A stretch of 64,000 nucleotides of DNA from Octopus bimaculoides. Lineage: Eukaryota. Positions 63,057 to 64,000 of the stretch are shown here, piece by piece. The DNA is taken from contig NC_068982.1 in assembly GCF_001194135.2 (NCBI RefSeq), positions 192,044,550 through 192,108,549 of the forward strand, written 5' to 3'. The notes under the pieces were generated by a model. That model had not been told where the DNA came from and made no database searches. It saw only the letters and a program-made list of their open reading frames with translations. The position numbers were made by a program, and so were the translations under genes. How positions within the stretch are numbered: position 1 is the stretch's first letter; every line of letters begins with the position of its first letter.

Positions 63057-64000
63057 NNNNNNNNNNNNNNNNNNNNNNNNNNNNNNNNNNNNNNNNNNNN
63101 NNNNNNNNNNNNNNNNNNNNNNNNNNNNNNNNNNNNNNNNNNNNNNNNNNNNNNNNNNNNNNNNNNNNNNNNNNNNNNNNNNNNNNNNNNNNNNNNNNNN
63201 NNNNNNNNNNNNNNNNNNNNNNNNNNNNNNNNNNNNNNNNNNNNNNNNNNNNNNNNNNNNNNNNNNNNNNNNNNNNNNNNNNNNNNNNNNNNNNNNNNNN
63301 NNNNNNNNNNNNNNNNNNNNNNNNNNNNNNNNNNNNNNNNNNNNNNNNNNNNNNNNNNNNNNNNNNNNNNNNNNNNNNNNNNNNNNNNNNNNNNNNNNNN
63401 NNNNNNNCGTAGCCATAGCACCATTTTCTCAACATCCCCACTTCCCCCACACATGACCACCACCCACTGCAGGCCCCTCCACTCTACCTCACATACCTAT
63501 TTGCCGTCTCATAGTTACCACAGCACCCCCCACCCCAGCCGCTCCAATTTCTCTCACCATCACTTGCTACAGTCCCCTCTTCTTCTCTCAACATTTCCCT
63601 CCCATTTTTATGAAACATCCCCCTCTATCCCCCCTGTACCACTTATACTCCCCACCCCCACTGTTCCCTATGGATAGGTCCCAATACATTTCCAACATCA
63701 TCTATTTCTCTCTCTCCTTCCTTTTTATCCCAGAATAAAGTATCTCCTTTTATAGTAAGACATATCTCGGTCCCTTTTTATACTTTAACCTCTCATCAAC
63801 TGACATTCACCTCCCTCAATAACCCCACTCCCTTTTCCAGCTGAGGGGTCTTAAGCTGCTTAGTGACCCCATTGCTGCTGGTGTTACATAAAAAGCACCC
63901 AGTGCACTCTGTAAAGCGGTTAGTGTTTTAGAAGGGCATTCAGCCATAGACAACAAGGCCTGGTGCAGTTCTCTGGCTTAGCAGCTCCTGTCAAACTTCA

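Noticed and set aside
1130-63677. Most ORFs in the supplied track (HTHT, VCVC, YIYI, poly-X, e.g. 12139-12735, 29434-30129, 62751-63677)
   Set aside because: They are translations of microsatellites, N-gaps or SINE bodies.

Overview
AT-rich, microsatellite-dense animal genomic DNA with about 10 N-gaps. The repeat families (RTE LINEs with (GAT)n tails, several tRNA-headed SINEs) point to an octopus; that is inferred from recalled repeat families, not from a search. One confident protein-coding exon is present: the first coding exon of an SLC27A/FATP-type very-long-chain acyl-CoA synthetase (58237-58615, +). A few low-confidence minus-strand exons lie between 2.3 and 26.8 kb. The rest is mostly transposon debris: RTE, CR1, Tx1, HERO and Penelope retroelements, hAT/Buster, Tigger/pogo and mariner DNA transposons, and piggyBac-type MITEs. 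The most interesting signal is a set of minimal hammerhead ribozymes in two non-autonomous Penelope-type repeat families. One family is fused to a tRNA-derived Pol III head, and the other has non-canonical CUG(U/C)UGA cores and sits next to (TA)n tracts. Also notable are two long near-perfect hairpins and a CpG-retaining central domain (about 26-41 kb) between CpG-depleted flanks. Repeat boundaries are read by eye and approximate unless a TSD or TIR is quoted.
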